Below, piece by piece: positions 20,612-29,761 of a stretch of DNA of 64,000 nt. Position 1 is the stretch's first letter. Each line of letters starts with the position of its first letter. Origin of the DNA: Bdellovibrionales bacterium (lineage in GTDB: Bacteria; Bdellovibrionota; Bdellovibrionia; Bdellovibrionales; UBA1609); the NCBI GenBank assembly GCA_965203095.1, contig OZ241877.1:1440001-1504000 (forward strand), given 5' to 3'. The notes beneath the pieces are model-generated. The model worked only from the letters and a program-made list of their open reading frames with translations, ran no database searches and was not told the origin of the DNA. The translations under genes were made by a program, and so were the position numbers.

Positions 20612-20944
20612 TCACCTCTCCGCTAAAACCAGTTCAATATGGCTTTGTTTTCTTTTATAAGGGGAGGAAGCTCCCTTAGCCCGCGGGCGATATCTCCTCA
20701 AGTGTGGCCCCTGATTGACAACTATGGACTTAACATAAAGCTGATCCACATCAATCACTTTTTTTTGCTCTGCCAAAGCCACAGCCGATTTTAAAAGTCG
20801 CTCCATCAAAACACTCACCTTCCTCCGGCCAAAGGAAAGGATACTTAAGGCACTGTTAATGTCTTTCCCAGAGATGAGCCGAGCCGTCTCTCTGGCTTTC
20901 AAAACCCCTGTGCGGGCATATCTTAATTGAGCTTTAATCTCCAT
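20612..20944 (-). CDS. rplV: 50S ribosomal protein L22
   Basis: LKSA.A.A, GP..RR..PRAKG, SHI. Confidence 0.96.
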   Translation of the reverse strand: MEIKAQLRYARTGVLKARETARLISGKDINSALSILSFGRRKVSVLMERLLKSAVALAEQKKVIDVDQLYVKSIVVNQGPHLRRYRPRAKGASSPYKRKQSHIELVLAER

Positions 20945-20961
20945 TATAAAACTCCTACCTT

Positions 20962-21243
20962 TTATTTTTTAACAGGGGCTTTTTTATCCCCTGAGTGAGC
21001 TTTAAATTGCCTTGTGGGTGCAAATTCGCCCAACTTGTGCCCTATCATATTTTCAGAAATAAAAACAGGGATAAACTTTTTGCCATTATGAACGGCAAAA
21101 GTCAAGCCCACAGATTCTGGAGTGACTGTGGATCGGCGGGACCATGTTTTTATAACTTTTTTGTCGCCCGATTGTTTGGCTTTTTCAATTTTTTCCATTA
21201 AGTGATAATCCACAAAAGGGCCTTTTTTTACTGATCGAGACAT
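20962..21243 (-). CDS. rpsS: 30S ribosomal protein S19
   Basis: [26 protein letters not shown]. Confidence 0.98.
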   Translation of the reverse strand: MSRSVKKGPFVDYHLMEKIEKAKQSGDKKVIKTWSRRSTVTPESVGLTFAVHNGKKFIPVFISENMIGHKLGEFAPTRQFKAHSGDKKAPVKK

Positions 21244-21246
21244 TTT

Positions 21247-22077
21247 TCACTTCCTTTTTTTACTGCGACTGAGGATCCATCGCTCAGTTCGCTTGTTATT
21301 TCTGGTTTTTAAACCTTTACAATATTTCCCCCAAGGTGTCATGGGGTGATTCCCTTTACTCACGCCTTCTCCCCCACCCAAGGGGTGATCAACGGGGTTC
21401 ATGGCCATACCTCGGACACTGGGCCTTTTACCCCTCCAGCGGTTCCGCCCGGCCTTCCCCCATCGAATGTTTTCTTGATCTTCATTCCCTAATTGGCCAA
21501 TAGAAGCCCGGCAGGAAGATAAAATCAAGCGGTTTTCCCCCGATGGCATTTTGACTTGGCAATATTTCCCTAACTGTGCCGCAATGACTGCCTGTGCCCC
21601 TGCACTTCGGACCAACTGGCCTCCTTTTCCCGGACGCAACTCAATATTATGAATGGCAAGCCCTGTAGGGATTAAGGATAGAGGGAAGGCATTTCCCGGT
21701 TGAATGTCCGCTTTTTTATCGCTGGATATCACCTGATCTCCTTTTTTTAACCCGATTGGGGACAAAATATAAGCCTTTTCCCCATCCGCGTAATGAACCA
21801 AAGCGATACGGCAAGTTCTGTTAGGGTCATATTCTATGGAAAAAATCTTTCCCGGAACAGAGAGCTTTTTTCTTTTAAAATCAATTAGGCGATAGAGCCT
21901 TTTGTGTCGCCCACCATGGTGGCGAACAGTGATTCGTCCACGGTTGTTTCTGGCAGAGGCCCGCTTGAGACCTTTTGTGAGAGATTTTTCCGGTCGCGAT
22001 CGAGTGAGAGCTGAAAAGTCAGAAACAGAGCGATGCTTAGAAGAGTTTTTTCCTCCTTTGTAGGGACGAACAGGCAT
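21247..22077 (-). CDS. rplB: 50S ribosomal protein L2 (start moved to ATG 22077)
   Basis: [31 protein letters not shown]. Confidence 0.97.
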   Translation of the reverse strand: MPVRPYKGGKNSSKHRSVSDFSALTRSRPEKSLTKGLKRASARNNRGRITVRHHGGRHKRLYRLIDFKRKKLSVPGKIFSIEYDPNRTCRIALVHYADGEKAYILSPIGLKKGDQVISSDKKADIQPGNAFPLSLIPTGLAIHNIELRPGKGGQLVRSAGAQAVIAAQLGKYCQVKMPSGENRLILSSCRASIGQLGNEDQENIRWGKAGRNRWRGKRPSVRGMAMNPVDHPLGGGEGVSKGNHPMTPWGKYCKGLKTRNNKRTERWILSRSKKRK

Positions 22078-22078
22078 A

Positions 22079-22357
22079 TCAATTCCCCTCAAACACAGTG
22101 ATTTGCTCGCCCGAATGGAGACGGACGAAAGCCTTTTTCCAATACTTCACTCGGCCCGGTCGCCCTCTGACTTTTCGGGACCGTTTCCGGCATATTGCGG
22201 TTTTTACACTATGCACCTTAACCTTAAAATATCTCTCCACATGGTCTTTTATGGCCAATTTATTGGCCTGGCGACTCACTTTAAAAACATAAATGCCCTT
22301 TTCTGCCTTGAGATTGTTTTTCTCTGTCACTAAGGGTTTTTTTATTACATAAGACAT
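22079..22357 (-). CDS. rplW: 50S ribosomal protein L23 (start ATG 22357, coupled to the rplD stop)
   Basis: KPLVTEK, F.V...ANK..IK, WKKAFV.L. Confidence 0.95.
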   Translation of the reverse strand: MSYVIKKPLVTEKNNLKAEKGIYVFKVSRQANKLAIKDHVERYFKVKVHSVKTAICRKRSRKVRGRPGRVKYWKKAFVRLHSGEQITVFEGN

Positions 22358-22983
22358 CAAGATAACCCACATTTTTGATAAACTGTCTTTAACAGATGAG
22401 GAGTTAAAACCACAAGATCAAATTTCAAAATATCATAAACATTTAAAGCTTTAGCGGGAAGAAATTTAAAGTTTCTTAAATTGGAACAAGCTCTCTTAAA
22501 TTGATCTTGCAAGCTCTCATCCACTAAGAGGGCCTTATTCCAGCCCATTTTTTTAAACCGAAGGCTCAGCTCTTTAGTTTTTCCTTCCGGAGATTTCATA
22601 TCTTCAACAAAAAGCAGTTTTTTTTGTTGAAAAAGGTAGGACAGTGCATTTCTCAAAGCCTTTTGCCGGATTTTTTTGGGCAAGTTGTATTTATAGGATC
22701 GGTTTTTTGGGCCATGAGCTGTTCCTCCACCTCTTAAAAGAGGAGAGCGGATAGAACCTTGCCGGGCACTCCCAGTCCCTTTTTGCCGAAAGGGCTTTTT
22801 GCCTCCGCCACGGACTTCTCCGCGGGTTTTGGCCTTATGGCTCCCTTTCCGCCGGCAGGCCAACTGCCAAACCACTACTGAATGCAAGAGGGGGCGATTG
22901 AGTTTTTCACTCAACAAAGAAGGCTCAAGCTGAATCTCAGAGATCTTTTTCCCCTCCCAATTTAAAACTTCAACGGGTGTCAC
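22357..22983 (-). CDS. rplD: 50S ribosomal protein L4
   Basis: KTRGEVRGGGKKPFRQKGTGSARQGS, GGG.AHGP. Confidence 0.97.
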   Translation of the reverse strand: MTPVEVLNWEGKKISEIQLEPSLLSEKLNRPLLHSVVVWQLACRRKGSHKAKTRGEVRGGGKKPFRQKGTGSARQGSIRSPLLRGGGTAHGPKNRSYKYNLPKKIRQKALRNALSYLFQQKKLLFVEDMKSPEGKTKELSLRFKKMGWNKALLVDESLQDQFKRACSNLRNFKFLPAKALNVYDILKFDLVVLTPHLLKTVYQKCGLS

Positions 22984-22986
22984 TTT

Positions 22987-24285
22987 TTAATTCTCCTTTT
23001 GAATTGAAGTGGCCGGCATTTTTTTGAGAGAAACTAAAGTGTTTCTCGCCCCCGGCACAGGCCCTTTGACAAAAATAATGCCCTCTTCAGGTAGGACATC
23101 CACAATAGGAACTTTTAAACGGCTATTTCTTTTAAAACCGTATTGGCCCGGCATCCGGCGGCCCGGAAAAACACGGGAAGGCTCTGTGTGTTGGCCAATA
23201 GCACCAGTGCGTCTGTGGCTTTTAGAGCCATGGGAGGCTTTTCCGCCGGCAAAATTCCATCGTTTCATCACACCGGAGAAGCCACGACCTTTTGAAAAAG
23301 AGGATATTTTGACCTGATCCCCTTTTTTTAAGCTGTTAATGGAAAGCTCCTGACCCAGCTTGATCCCTTCAGGAATTTTTTGACGAATCTCTCTTAAAAA
23401 ACTCATAGAACCTTCCTTTAAATCAGCAGGCTTTAAATGCCCTTTTAAGGCTTTGGATCCTTTTTTTCGAGGTTTAAAAGCCACTTGAATAGCAGAATAG
23501 GATTCCTTTTTGTCTGGATTTTTAATTTGAGAGACAATGGCTGGTTCGTATTTGAGAGCCGTCACCGGGAGACTCTTCCCCGACTCATCATAAAAAGTGG
23601 CCATGGACATTTTGAAAGCAAAAAGCCCCTCTAAAAGGACCGGCTCTCTTTTTGGGAGTGTTTTATCCGTGGCTTTTTTTGACTTCACTGGGGATGGGCT
23701 GGAAAGTTTTTTGTCCGGTTTTTCCTTTTTTATATCTGGTGGGACTGTTTTTTCCTTCAAAGCTTTTTCCCCTTCTTTAGGAGGCGAAGTAGTGGCTATT
23801 TTTGAGGAAGGCTCAGGTTTTTTATCAGGAGTTTTAGGAGTAGTTGTTTTTGAGGAAGGCTCAGTTTTTTTATCAGGGGTTTTAGGAGTAGTTGTTTTTG
23901 TTGAGGAAGACTCAGTTTTTTTATCAGGAGTTTTAGCACTGCTTGTTTTTGAGGAAGGTTCAGCTTTTTTATCAGGAGTTTTGGTGGTAGTTGTTTTTGG
24001 GGAAGGCTCAGCTTTTTTATCAGGAGTTTTGGTGGTAGTTGTTTTTGGGGAAGGCTCAGCTTTTTTATCAGGGACTGTCTCTTTTTTTGTGTCTTGTGCT
24101 AAAGTTTTTTTGTCCGGTGCTGGCTTTTTTTTAGAAAAAGCTTTCTTAACCGACCGAGCACCAAATAAAGACTTTATTTTAGAAAAAGCTTTTTTTCCCG
24201 ACGGGCCAGAAGAAGGCTTCTGCTCTTTTGTGGATTGGCTTTTTTGATCTTTAAGAGATTTTTTTTGTTTTTTATCTTCAGCCAT
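22987..24285 (-). CDS. rplC: 50S ribosomal protein L3 with ~215-aa Lys/Pro/Thr-rich N-terminal extension
   Basis: Core GLFAFKMSM...PVT...[15 protein letters not shown]...SHGS...MPG...[10 protein letters not shown] 24285 (MAEDKK) follows rpsJ with an AGGA upstream. Confidence 0.92.
   Translation of the reverse strand: MAEDKKQKKSLKDQKSQSTKEQKPSSGPSGKKAFSKIKSLFGARSVKKAFSKKKPAPDKKTLAQDTKKETVPDKKAEPSPKTTTTKTPDKKAEPSPKTTTTKTPDKKAEPSSKTSSAKTPDKKTESSSTKTTTPKTPDKKTEPSSKTTTPKTPDKKPEPSSKIATTSPPKEGEKALKEKTVPPDIKKEKPDKKLSSPSPVKSKKATDKTLPKREPVLLEGLFAFKMSMATFYDESGKSLPVTALKYEPAIVSQIKNPDKKESYSAIQVAFKPRKKGSKALKGHLKPADLKEGSMSFLREIRQKIPEGIKLGQELSINSLKKGDQVKISSFSKGRGFSGVMKRWNFAGGKASHGSKSHRRTGAIGQHTEPSRVFPGRRMPGQYGFKRNSRLKVPIVDVLPEEGIIFVKGPVPGARNTLVSLKKMPATSIQKEN
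23790..24072 (-). repeat. ~48-nt coding tandem repeat (PDKK[A/T/P]E[P/S]S[P/S]KTTTxKT) x6 in the rplC extension
   Basis: Six units visible in DNA and protein. Confidence 0.93.
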
Positions 24286-24304
24286 TTTATCATTTCCTGA
24301 AAGC

Positions 24305-24643
24305 TCAAGCTTTTTCCTCTTCTTTGTGTTGTGTAGCGATAGAGACATCCACTCCAGCAGGAAGATCTAACTTCATCAGTTGGGATATGGTTTGGGCACT
24401 GGGTTCAGAAATCTCTAACAACCTTTTAAAACTGCGGATCTCAAACTGTTCTCTGGATTTTTTATTGACATGAGGTGACCGTAAAACAGTGTAACGGCTG
24501 ATTTTCACCGGAAGAGGAATGGGGCCGATAATGTTAGCTCCTGTTCTTTTAGCTGTGTCCACAATGCCTCTGGCCGATTGATCCAAAAGCCTGTGGTCAT
24601 AAGCAGTTAACCGTATTCTTATCCTTTGATTTTCTGTATTCAT
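24305..24643 (-). CDS. rpsJ: 30S ribosomal protein S10
   Basis: [37 protein letters not shown]. Confidence 0.98.
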   Translation of the reverse strand: MNTENQRIRIRLTAYDHRLLDQSARGIVDTAKRTGANIIGPIPLPVKISRYTVLRSPHVNKKSREQFEIRSFKRLLEISEPSAQTISQLMKLDLPAGVDVSIATQHKEEEKA

Positions 24644-24731
24644 TACCTCACCTAAAATTTAAACCCCGCTTGGCCTGGCCAACAAAACCCCAGCGGGCCT
24701 TTTTTGACAGGAAAAGAAGTCAAGTTTTGCG

Positions 24732-24760
24732 ATTATCTTCAAGAGATTTGCTTTTGTCAA
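24732..24760 (-). promoter_or_regulatory. Sigma70-type promoter of the S10 operon
   Basis: TTGACA-17nt-GATAAT about 90 nt upstream of rpsJ. Confidence 0.65.
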
Positions 24761-24864
24761 AATAAAAAAAGGTTTTTTTTAAATCCTTCCCACAAACTCA
24801 GTCCTTCCACAAAGATTTTCGGCTGGATCCTGGCAAATGTGCCAAAAAGCTCCCCAAGCTTTTT

Positions 24865-24886
24865 GCCTGCCTTGAGCGGGAATCCA
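24865..24886 (+). repeat. REP/RPE-like palindrome (module C), partial
   Basis: CCTGCCTTGAGCGGGAATCCA matches the copy at 28168-28195. Confidence 0.7.
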
Positions 24887-24970
24887 AATTTGACGGGTAT
24901 TTTACGATGAGGTGGCCCCCAAAGCTTTTGGAGTAAAAGGTCTTTTAATTCTTTTTGTCCAAAACCTCTG

Positions 24971-25711
24971 TCATTTCAACCCCGTCCATTCCTTTTTTTC
25001 AAAAATGATCCATTTTTTTTTGCGGGCGAATGCCTTGAGCTTTTCCTCTATAGGAAATAAAAAAGACTCTTTTCCGGCAGAATGAACTACAAACGGGATC
25101 TGTGCCATTTCTAATAAGGGGAGGTCGGTTTTTGTATTTCCTCCAGCTAAAAGGCAATTTTCCTCTAAATAGTATTTTAAAAAAACCTTTTTTTTATTGT
25201 GTATTGGAGATGGCCTTAAAAGCTGTGGGCTGATCTTGCCATTTTTAAGAAGGGTCTCCGCCCCTAACACCTGATCTACAGGAAGATTATTGAACTGGAT
25301 GGCTATTTCCACAAGCCATTTTATAGAGGCCGTCACCACACAAATTTTTAATCCTTTTTGCTTTAAATATAGCAAAAGCTTTTTTTGAAAAGGAAAAACA
25401 TGAAGAGGGTTTTCCTTTAAAGCCTGCTGGGAGTGGAGTTTAAACTCTTCCAAACTAAAACCCGCTTGCCGGAGAGTAAAAAGCTCACAATATTTTTCCC
25501 TCTGCCTTCTATAGTAAGGCTTAAAGAGATCACTGAGATCCCTTAAACCTTTTTGTGTTAAATAGTTTAGAAAAACATCATTTATATCCTCTGGCCAGAG
25601 TGTCCCGTCCGCATCAAAAACAACGATCTTTTTTTTAAAAGGAGTGGCTTTGTCTATCCGGCCTTTCAGTTGTTGTAATAATTCGTCTTCCCGATAAAAA
25701 CTCAAAATCAA
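24971..25711 (-). CDS. HAD-superfamily (IB-like) hydrolase
   Basis: VFDADGTLW motif I, VVTAS motif II, GGNTKTDLPLL motif IV. Confidence 0.85.
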   Translation of the reverse strand: MILSFYREDELLQQLKGRIDKATPFKKKIVVFDADGTLWPEDINDVFLNYLTQKGLRDLSDLFKPYYRRQREKYCELFTLRQAGFSLEEFKLHSQQALKENPLHVFPFQKKLLLYLKQKGLKICVVTASIKWLVEIAIQFNNLPVDQVLGAETLLKNGKISPQLLRPSPIHNKKKVFLKYYLEENCLLAGGNTKTDLPLLEMAQIPFVVHSAGKESFLFPIEEKLKAFARKKKWIIFEKKEWTGLK

Positions 25712-25715
25712 ATCC

Positions 25716-27167
25716 TTATTTAGATGATTTTAAAGCCTTCATATACTCTTTCATTGATTTTTTAACTTTCCCACTCAGTATTAGAGCACCCAATAGATTG
25801 GGCAAAGACATGGATAAAATCATTAGATCGCAAAAATTCATAATGGCTGTGCTGGTGGCCACAGCTCCAAGAAATATTAAAAGGAGGACGGAGAGTTTGT
25901 AAATAATGGCTCGTTTTTCCCCAAACACAAAAGACCAACATCTCTCCCCATAATAAGACCATGAAATAATAGTGGAAAAAGCAAACAGAAAAACAGAGAT
26001 GCTCAAAATATAGGGGAAAATCTCATGGGCTTGAAACAGAGCTTGTGAAGTGAGAGCCGCCCCTTTTTGTTGCTGAACCAGATCGGCATATTCTGGAAGA
26101 GTATGAACCCCTGTCACCAAAATCACAAGAGCTGTGGTGGAACATATAATCACTGTATCTAAAAAAGGTTCTAAAAGGGCTACAGCCCCTTCCTCCACTG
26201 GGTGATTCACTTTGGCCGCTGAGTGGGCAATGGGGGAAGATCCCAAACCCGCTTCATTTGAAAAGGCCGCCCTTTGCAAACCAGTCACTAAAACCCCAAT
26301 AAAACCTCCGTATCCCGCATCAAGGGAAAAGGCACTCTGCCATATCAATAATAAAGCATTAGGAATCTGATCATAATGAATGATTAAAACAGCAAAGGCC
26401 ATCATCATATAAATAAAAAACATTAGGGGGACTATCCGGCCAGAAACTTCAGCAATCCTCTTAATTCCACCAATAATCACAATGGCCACTAAGACAATTA
26501 AAAGCACTCCGTAAAGCCATTTAAAATTCTGCAAAAAGGGCAGGCTGACCGATATAGCATGTAGGGATTGATTGACTTGGAAAGCCACCCCCCCGCCAAA
26601 ACTCCCGCCAATACAGAAGATAGAAAAAACAATGGCTAAAATTTTCCCCAACTGGGGCCAGCCCATCTGAGATAGACCCTTTTGCAAATACTCCATAGGG
26701 CCACCCATAATTCGCCCATCTGCTCGCTTTTCCCGAAACATAAGAGCTAAAGAGCATTCTGTAAATTTTGTGCTCATCCCTAAAAAACCCATAACCAACA
26801 TCCAAAAAACCGCCCCTGGCCCTCCTACAGAGACAGCAATGGCCACGCCGGCAATATTGCCCAAACCCACAGTGGCAGAAAGAGCGGTAGTTAAAGCCTT
26901 AAAATGAGAGATTTCCCCAGACTTGTTTTTGCCTTTATCTAACAGGCCCAAAGTCATTTTAATAGAATGAGTAAAAAGGCGAATGTTTACAAAACCCATT
27001 TTAAAAGTGAAAAAAATGCCACAGGCAAAAAGGGCAAAAATCACTAAGGGGAATTGGATGCCTTTTATGAAAAAGAAAACATCAAAAAAGAAAAATTGGG
27101 CCAAGAAGCCGTTGATAACTTCAAAAAAAACATTAACAGAGTGAGTGATCTTGTCAAAAAAACTCAT
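25716..27167 (-). CDS. Alanine/glycine:cation symporter (AGCS family)
   Basis: LSATVGLGNIAGVA, GGPGAVFWM, GGPMEY, FSNEAGLGSSPIAH, WSYYGE. Confidence 0.94.
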   Translation of the reverse strand: MSFFDKITHSVNVFFEVINGFLAQFFFFDVFFFIKGIQFPLVIFALFACGIFFTFKMGFVNIRLFTHSIKMTLGLLDKGKNKSGEISHFKALTTALSATVGLGNIAGVAIAVSVGGPGAVFWMLVMGFLGMSTKFTECSLALMFREKRADGRIMGGPMEYLQKGLSQMGWPQLGKILAIVFSIFCIGGSFGGGVAFQVNQSLHAISVSLPFLQNFKWLYGVLLIVLVAIVIIGGIKRIAEVSGRIVPLMFFIYMMMAFAVLIIHYDQIPNALLLIWQSAFSLDAGYGGFIGVLVTGLQRAAFSNEAGLGSSPIAHSAAKVNHPVEEGAVALLEPFLDTVIICSTTALVILVTGVHTLPEYADLVQQQKGAALTSQALFQAHEIFPYILSISVFLFAFSTIISWSYYGERCWSFVFGEKRAIIYKLSVLLLIFLGAVATSTAIMNFCDLMILSMSLPNLLGALILSGKVKKSMKEYMKALKSSK

Positions 27168-27234
27168 ATTCCACTCTTTATAACGGCCCAACTATGAGCT
27201 GTCTACAAAAAACCAACCTTATGCCTGTATTCTA

Positions 27235-27996
27235 TTATGCAAAGGCCCTCTCTATAGTATTCAAATACTTTGCTATAGCCTGACTTAAACCTTCCTCTAA
27301 AGCTAAAGCGATTAAAGCCTGCCCAATGGAGACCTCTTTAATTTCCGGCAAGCTTTTTAAAAGATCAAAAAGATTTTTATGATTGAGGTCATGTCCGGCA
27401 TTAACTTGAATACCTAAAGATCTCAAGTGGGCGGAGCTTTTTTTATAAATGGATAAAACATTTTTTTGCTCAGGAAGGCCCCAGCTGTTGGCATAACTTT
27501 CAGTGTAAAACTCAATGCGATGGGGCTGAACTGCCTTTAATGCGGAGTATTGCTCTTCGTTCATAGAGAGAGGATCTAAAAACAAACTCAGGCGAATGTT
27601 TTGAGATTTCAGATTTTTCACAACCTCCTTGAGCCTTGTTTTGTGTTTTTTGAAGTCCCAACCAGCATTGGAGGTGAGCACATCTGGAGGGTCGGGAACT
27701 AAGGTGCACTGCTGAGGCTGAATTTGTGTGACAAGATCTAAAAACTGCACTGAAGGATAGCCTTCAATGTTAAACTCTTTTTCAGGATATTTTTTAAAAA
27801 GGTTTTTGAGTTGTCGGACATCCTCATAGCGGATATGCCTTTCATCTGGACGGGGATGAACAGTCAAGCCATGGACTGGAGTTTGCAGGACAATATTAGC
27901 TATATGAAGGAGATCAGGGGTGTTTTTGCCTCTGGCATTCCTTAAAGTGGCCACTTTATTTATATTCGCACTCAGTTTTGTTTTTTCTAAATTCAT
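27235..27996 (-). CDS. pdxJ: Pyridoxine 5'-phosphate synthase
   Basis: NINKVATLRNAR, TVHPRPDERHIR, NIEG, TLVPD, NAGHDL, EVSIG. Confidence 0.96.
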   Translation of the reverse strand: MNLEKTKLSANINKVATLRNARGKNTPDLLHIANIVLQTPVHGLTVHPRPDERHIRYEDVRQLKNLFKKYPEKEFNIEGYPSVQFLDLVTQIQPQQCTLVPDPPDVLTSNAGWDFKKHKTRLKEVVKNLKSQNIRLSLFLDPLSMNEEQYSALKAVQPHRIEFYTESYANSWGLPEQKNVLSIYKKSSAHLRSLGIQVNAGHDLNHKNLFDLLKSLPEIKEVSIGQALIALALEEGLSQAIAKYLNTIERAFA

Positions 27997-28070
27997 TATG
28001 AGTTTTTTTCTTCATAAAGCCATATTTTTTGCCTTTTGTCCAAAAGCTTGTTGTTCCTGCTCATTTTTTG

Positions 28071-28336
28071 GCTGACTTTTGCTTATGCGATACATTTACA
28101 GAGGTTTTTCATGGGAAAAATACCTTGGATCCTTATGGCAGGGCCTTTAGGCAAAAACAGCTAAACAGTCGTTCCCGCCTTGAGCGGGAATCCAGAAATC
28201 TTTTTCCTTTCTGCAAAGCTTGTTAAAAAGGCAAAATTCTTTAGTTTATTTGCTCAAAGGCCACAGCATTTCGGGACGGCAATACCTTGGACCCTCATGC
28301 TGTGGTTTTGGGCAAAAGCAGTTAAACAGTCATCCC
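28071..28336. repeat. Mosaic repeat cluster: module A arm + partial B + C + full B + partial C
   Basis: A 28071-28115; B' 28119-28156; C 28168-28195; B 28248-28318; ...AAAA[A/G]CAG[C/T]TAAACAGTC occurs twice, 162 nt apart. Confidence 0.8.
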
Positions 28337-28582
28337 CTTATTATTGGAACGGGATCGGTTTTAGCTGGCGGAGGCATTGGTTGCCTTATAGGAAACCTTA
28401 CAAGAGAAGGCTCGGTTCTTCCAACTGTGCTTCTCGGAGGAACTACCATTATTATACTTACGAGCAGTGCTCTCAGACATTTTTTCCCGCTACCACTTTT
28501 TACAACGGGAGCTTTTTTCGGATCCTTGTTTTGCATGGGGAAAAATTTTGATATAATCCATTTTTTTGAAAACATTTTTTAA
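28220..28582 (+). pseudogene. Relic or chimeric small hydrophobic-protein ORF whose 5' part is repeat-derived
   Basis: Early codons lie in module B/C repeats; remainder is Gly-rich hydrophobic; 3' flank matches the flank of the 28955 gene. Confidence 0.45.
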
Positions 28583-28662
28583 TTAAGCCTCAAAACCCTC
28601 TATTTTTCTCTCTTCTATCTATACAAAAGCCCTCAGCTATCAAATAATCCTTAAAAACAAGT

Positions 28663-28884
28663 GTGGAGTCCCAGAGAAAAGGGGGGGGTCTGTTCTCTAA
28701 GGGTGCCCCATCATCTTTTTCCAAGAATCAGGGAAAAATCGCCTATAAGCCTTGTCTATATTGCCTTTCAGCTGATTTTTTTTAGGTTTTTTTTTGCTTT
28801 TTTTGTTAAAAACAGGCTCCGGGGGGAAAATGTCCTGCCCCCCATTGTGATTATCATGCCACCCCCTTTCCTTTGGGACTCCGC
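28663..28884. mobile_element. Second MITE-like element (~220 bp) with ~26-bp imperfect terminal inverted repeats
   Basis: Left GTGGAGTCCCAGAGAAAAGGGGGGGG vs reverse complement of right end GCGGAGTCCCAAAGGAAAGGGGGTGG; no transposase inside. Confidence 0.65.
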
Positions 28885-28954
28885 TGTGTGAAAAATTTAC
28901 AAAATGCTTTTAAAGACTTTACTTTCCCGGACAATCCTGCTACAACCAAACACA

Positions 28955-29260
28955 ATGAAAATACTATTAAGCCTTATTCTTTTTATGAGCTTGCCCGCTT
29001 TTGCTAATAACTGCCATGATGCTTTTGATCCTGAAACTGAAAAGGAGGCAGAATGGAACGAAAAAGAATTTAAGAGAGGATATTTGTCTGGAGTTAAGAA
29101 GACTAAGAAGACATTATTGAGAGATTTTTTGATATTCGGAGCGATAGGATCGATAGGAGCGATAGGGATGGGAGCAGGGTATTTAGTAGGTCAAGAGATG
29201 ATCGATGTTTTGGATAAAAAAACAGAACTGATGATACTGGAAAGCCAACAAAAAAATTAA
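28955..29260 (+). CDS. Small secreted/membrane peptide, paralog 1 (signal peptide + FKRGY + Gly-rich helix)
   Basis: MKILLSLILFMSLPAFA signal; paralogous to 30844-31113; start set by alignment to the paralog. Confidence 0.75.
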   Translation: MKILLSLILFMSLPAFANNCHDAFDPETEKEAEWNEKEFKRGYLSGVKKTKKTLLRDFLIFGAIGSIGAIGMGAGYLVGQEMIDVLDKKTELMILESQQKN

Positions 29261-29452
29261 CTGAAGCATTGAACAAAGACAAGATTAACTGGGTGGATTA
29301 AGCCTAAGAACCCTCTATTTTTCTCTCTAATCTCTATCTATATTCCTTCCCCTCAGAAGGGCAACAAAATAAACCTCAAAAAATTCAGCTTAAAAGGCAA
29401 AGCCTAAAAACTTTTAGGGAAAGAAACCTTGGTTTCACGAGGTCCAGCTGTT

Positions 29453-29479
29453 CTGGATTCCTGCTGTCACAGGAACAAC
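29453..29479 (-). repeat. REP/RPE-like palindrome (module C)
   Basis: CTGGATTCCTGCTGTCACAGGAACAAC, same frame as the 13708 copy. Confidence 0.7.
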
Positions 29480-29557
29480 GGTTCCCTGTGTCTAAGAAGC
29501 TTTTTAAACAAGCCCACCTCAAAATGACAAAATACAGACAAACCAACTAAAAAAGAA

Positions 29558-29761
29558 TCAAGAACCGTTTTTAAGCTTTTTAATCTCTCGAACAGGTAGG
29601 CCCGTCACTTTGACGATGACAGCCAAATCTACCTTTTCTCTCAACATATTCCGGATAACTTCCTCTCGTCCTTCCTCTCGTCCCTCTTGCCGGCCTTTTC
29701 TAAAGCCTTTTTTTTCGCCTTCCCAGCGACCTTCCAACCGAATTTCCTCTTTTATGTCCAT
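29558..29761 (-). CDS. Candidate intragenic in-frame small protein (RpnS-type antitoxin), 67 aa
   Basis: AAAGGAGG-CTAT-ATG at codon 261 of the Rpn ORF, giving MDIKEEIRLEG...KLKNGS. Confidence 0.65.
   Translation of the reverse strand: MDIKEEIRLEGRWEGEKKGFRKGRQEGREEGREEVIRNMLREKVDLAVIVKVTGLPVREIKKLKNGS

Noticed and set aside
23597..24247. 216-aa hydrophobic antisense ORF
   Set aside because: Antisense shadow of the Lys/Thr/Pro repeat of rplC
24286..24348. ORF-track upstream start of rplC
   Set aside because: Overlaps rpsJ; ATG 24285 has the SD and normal spacing
28661..28891. 76-aa ORF
   Set aside because: Coincides with the TIR element and low-complexity T tracts
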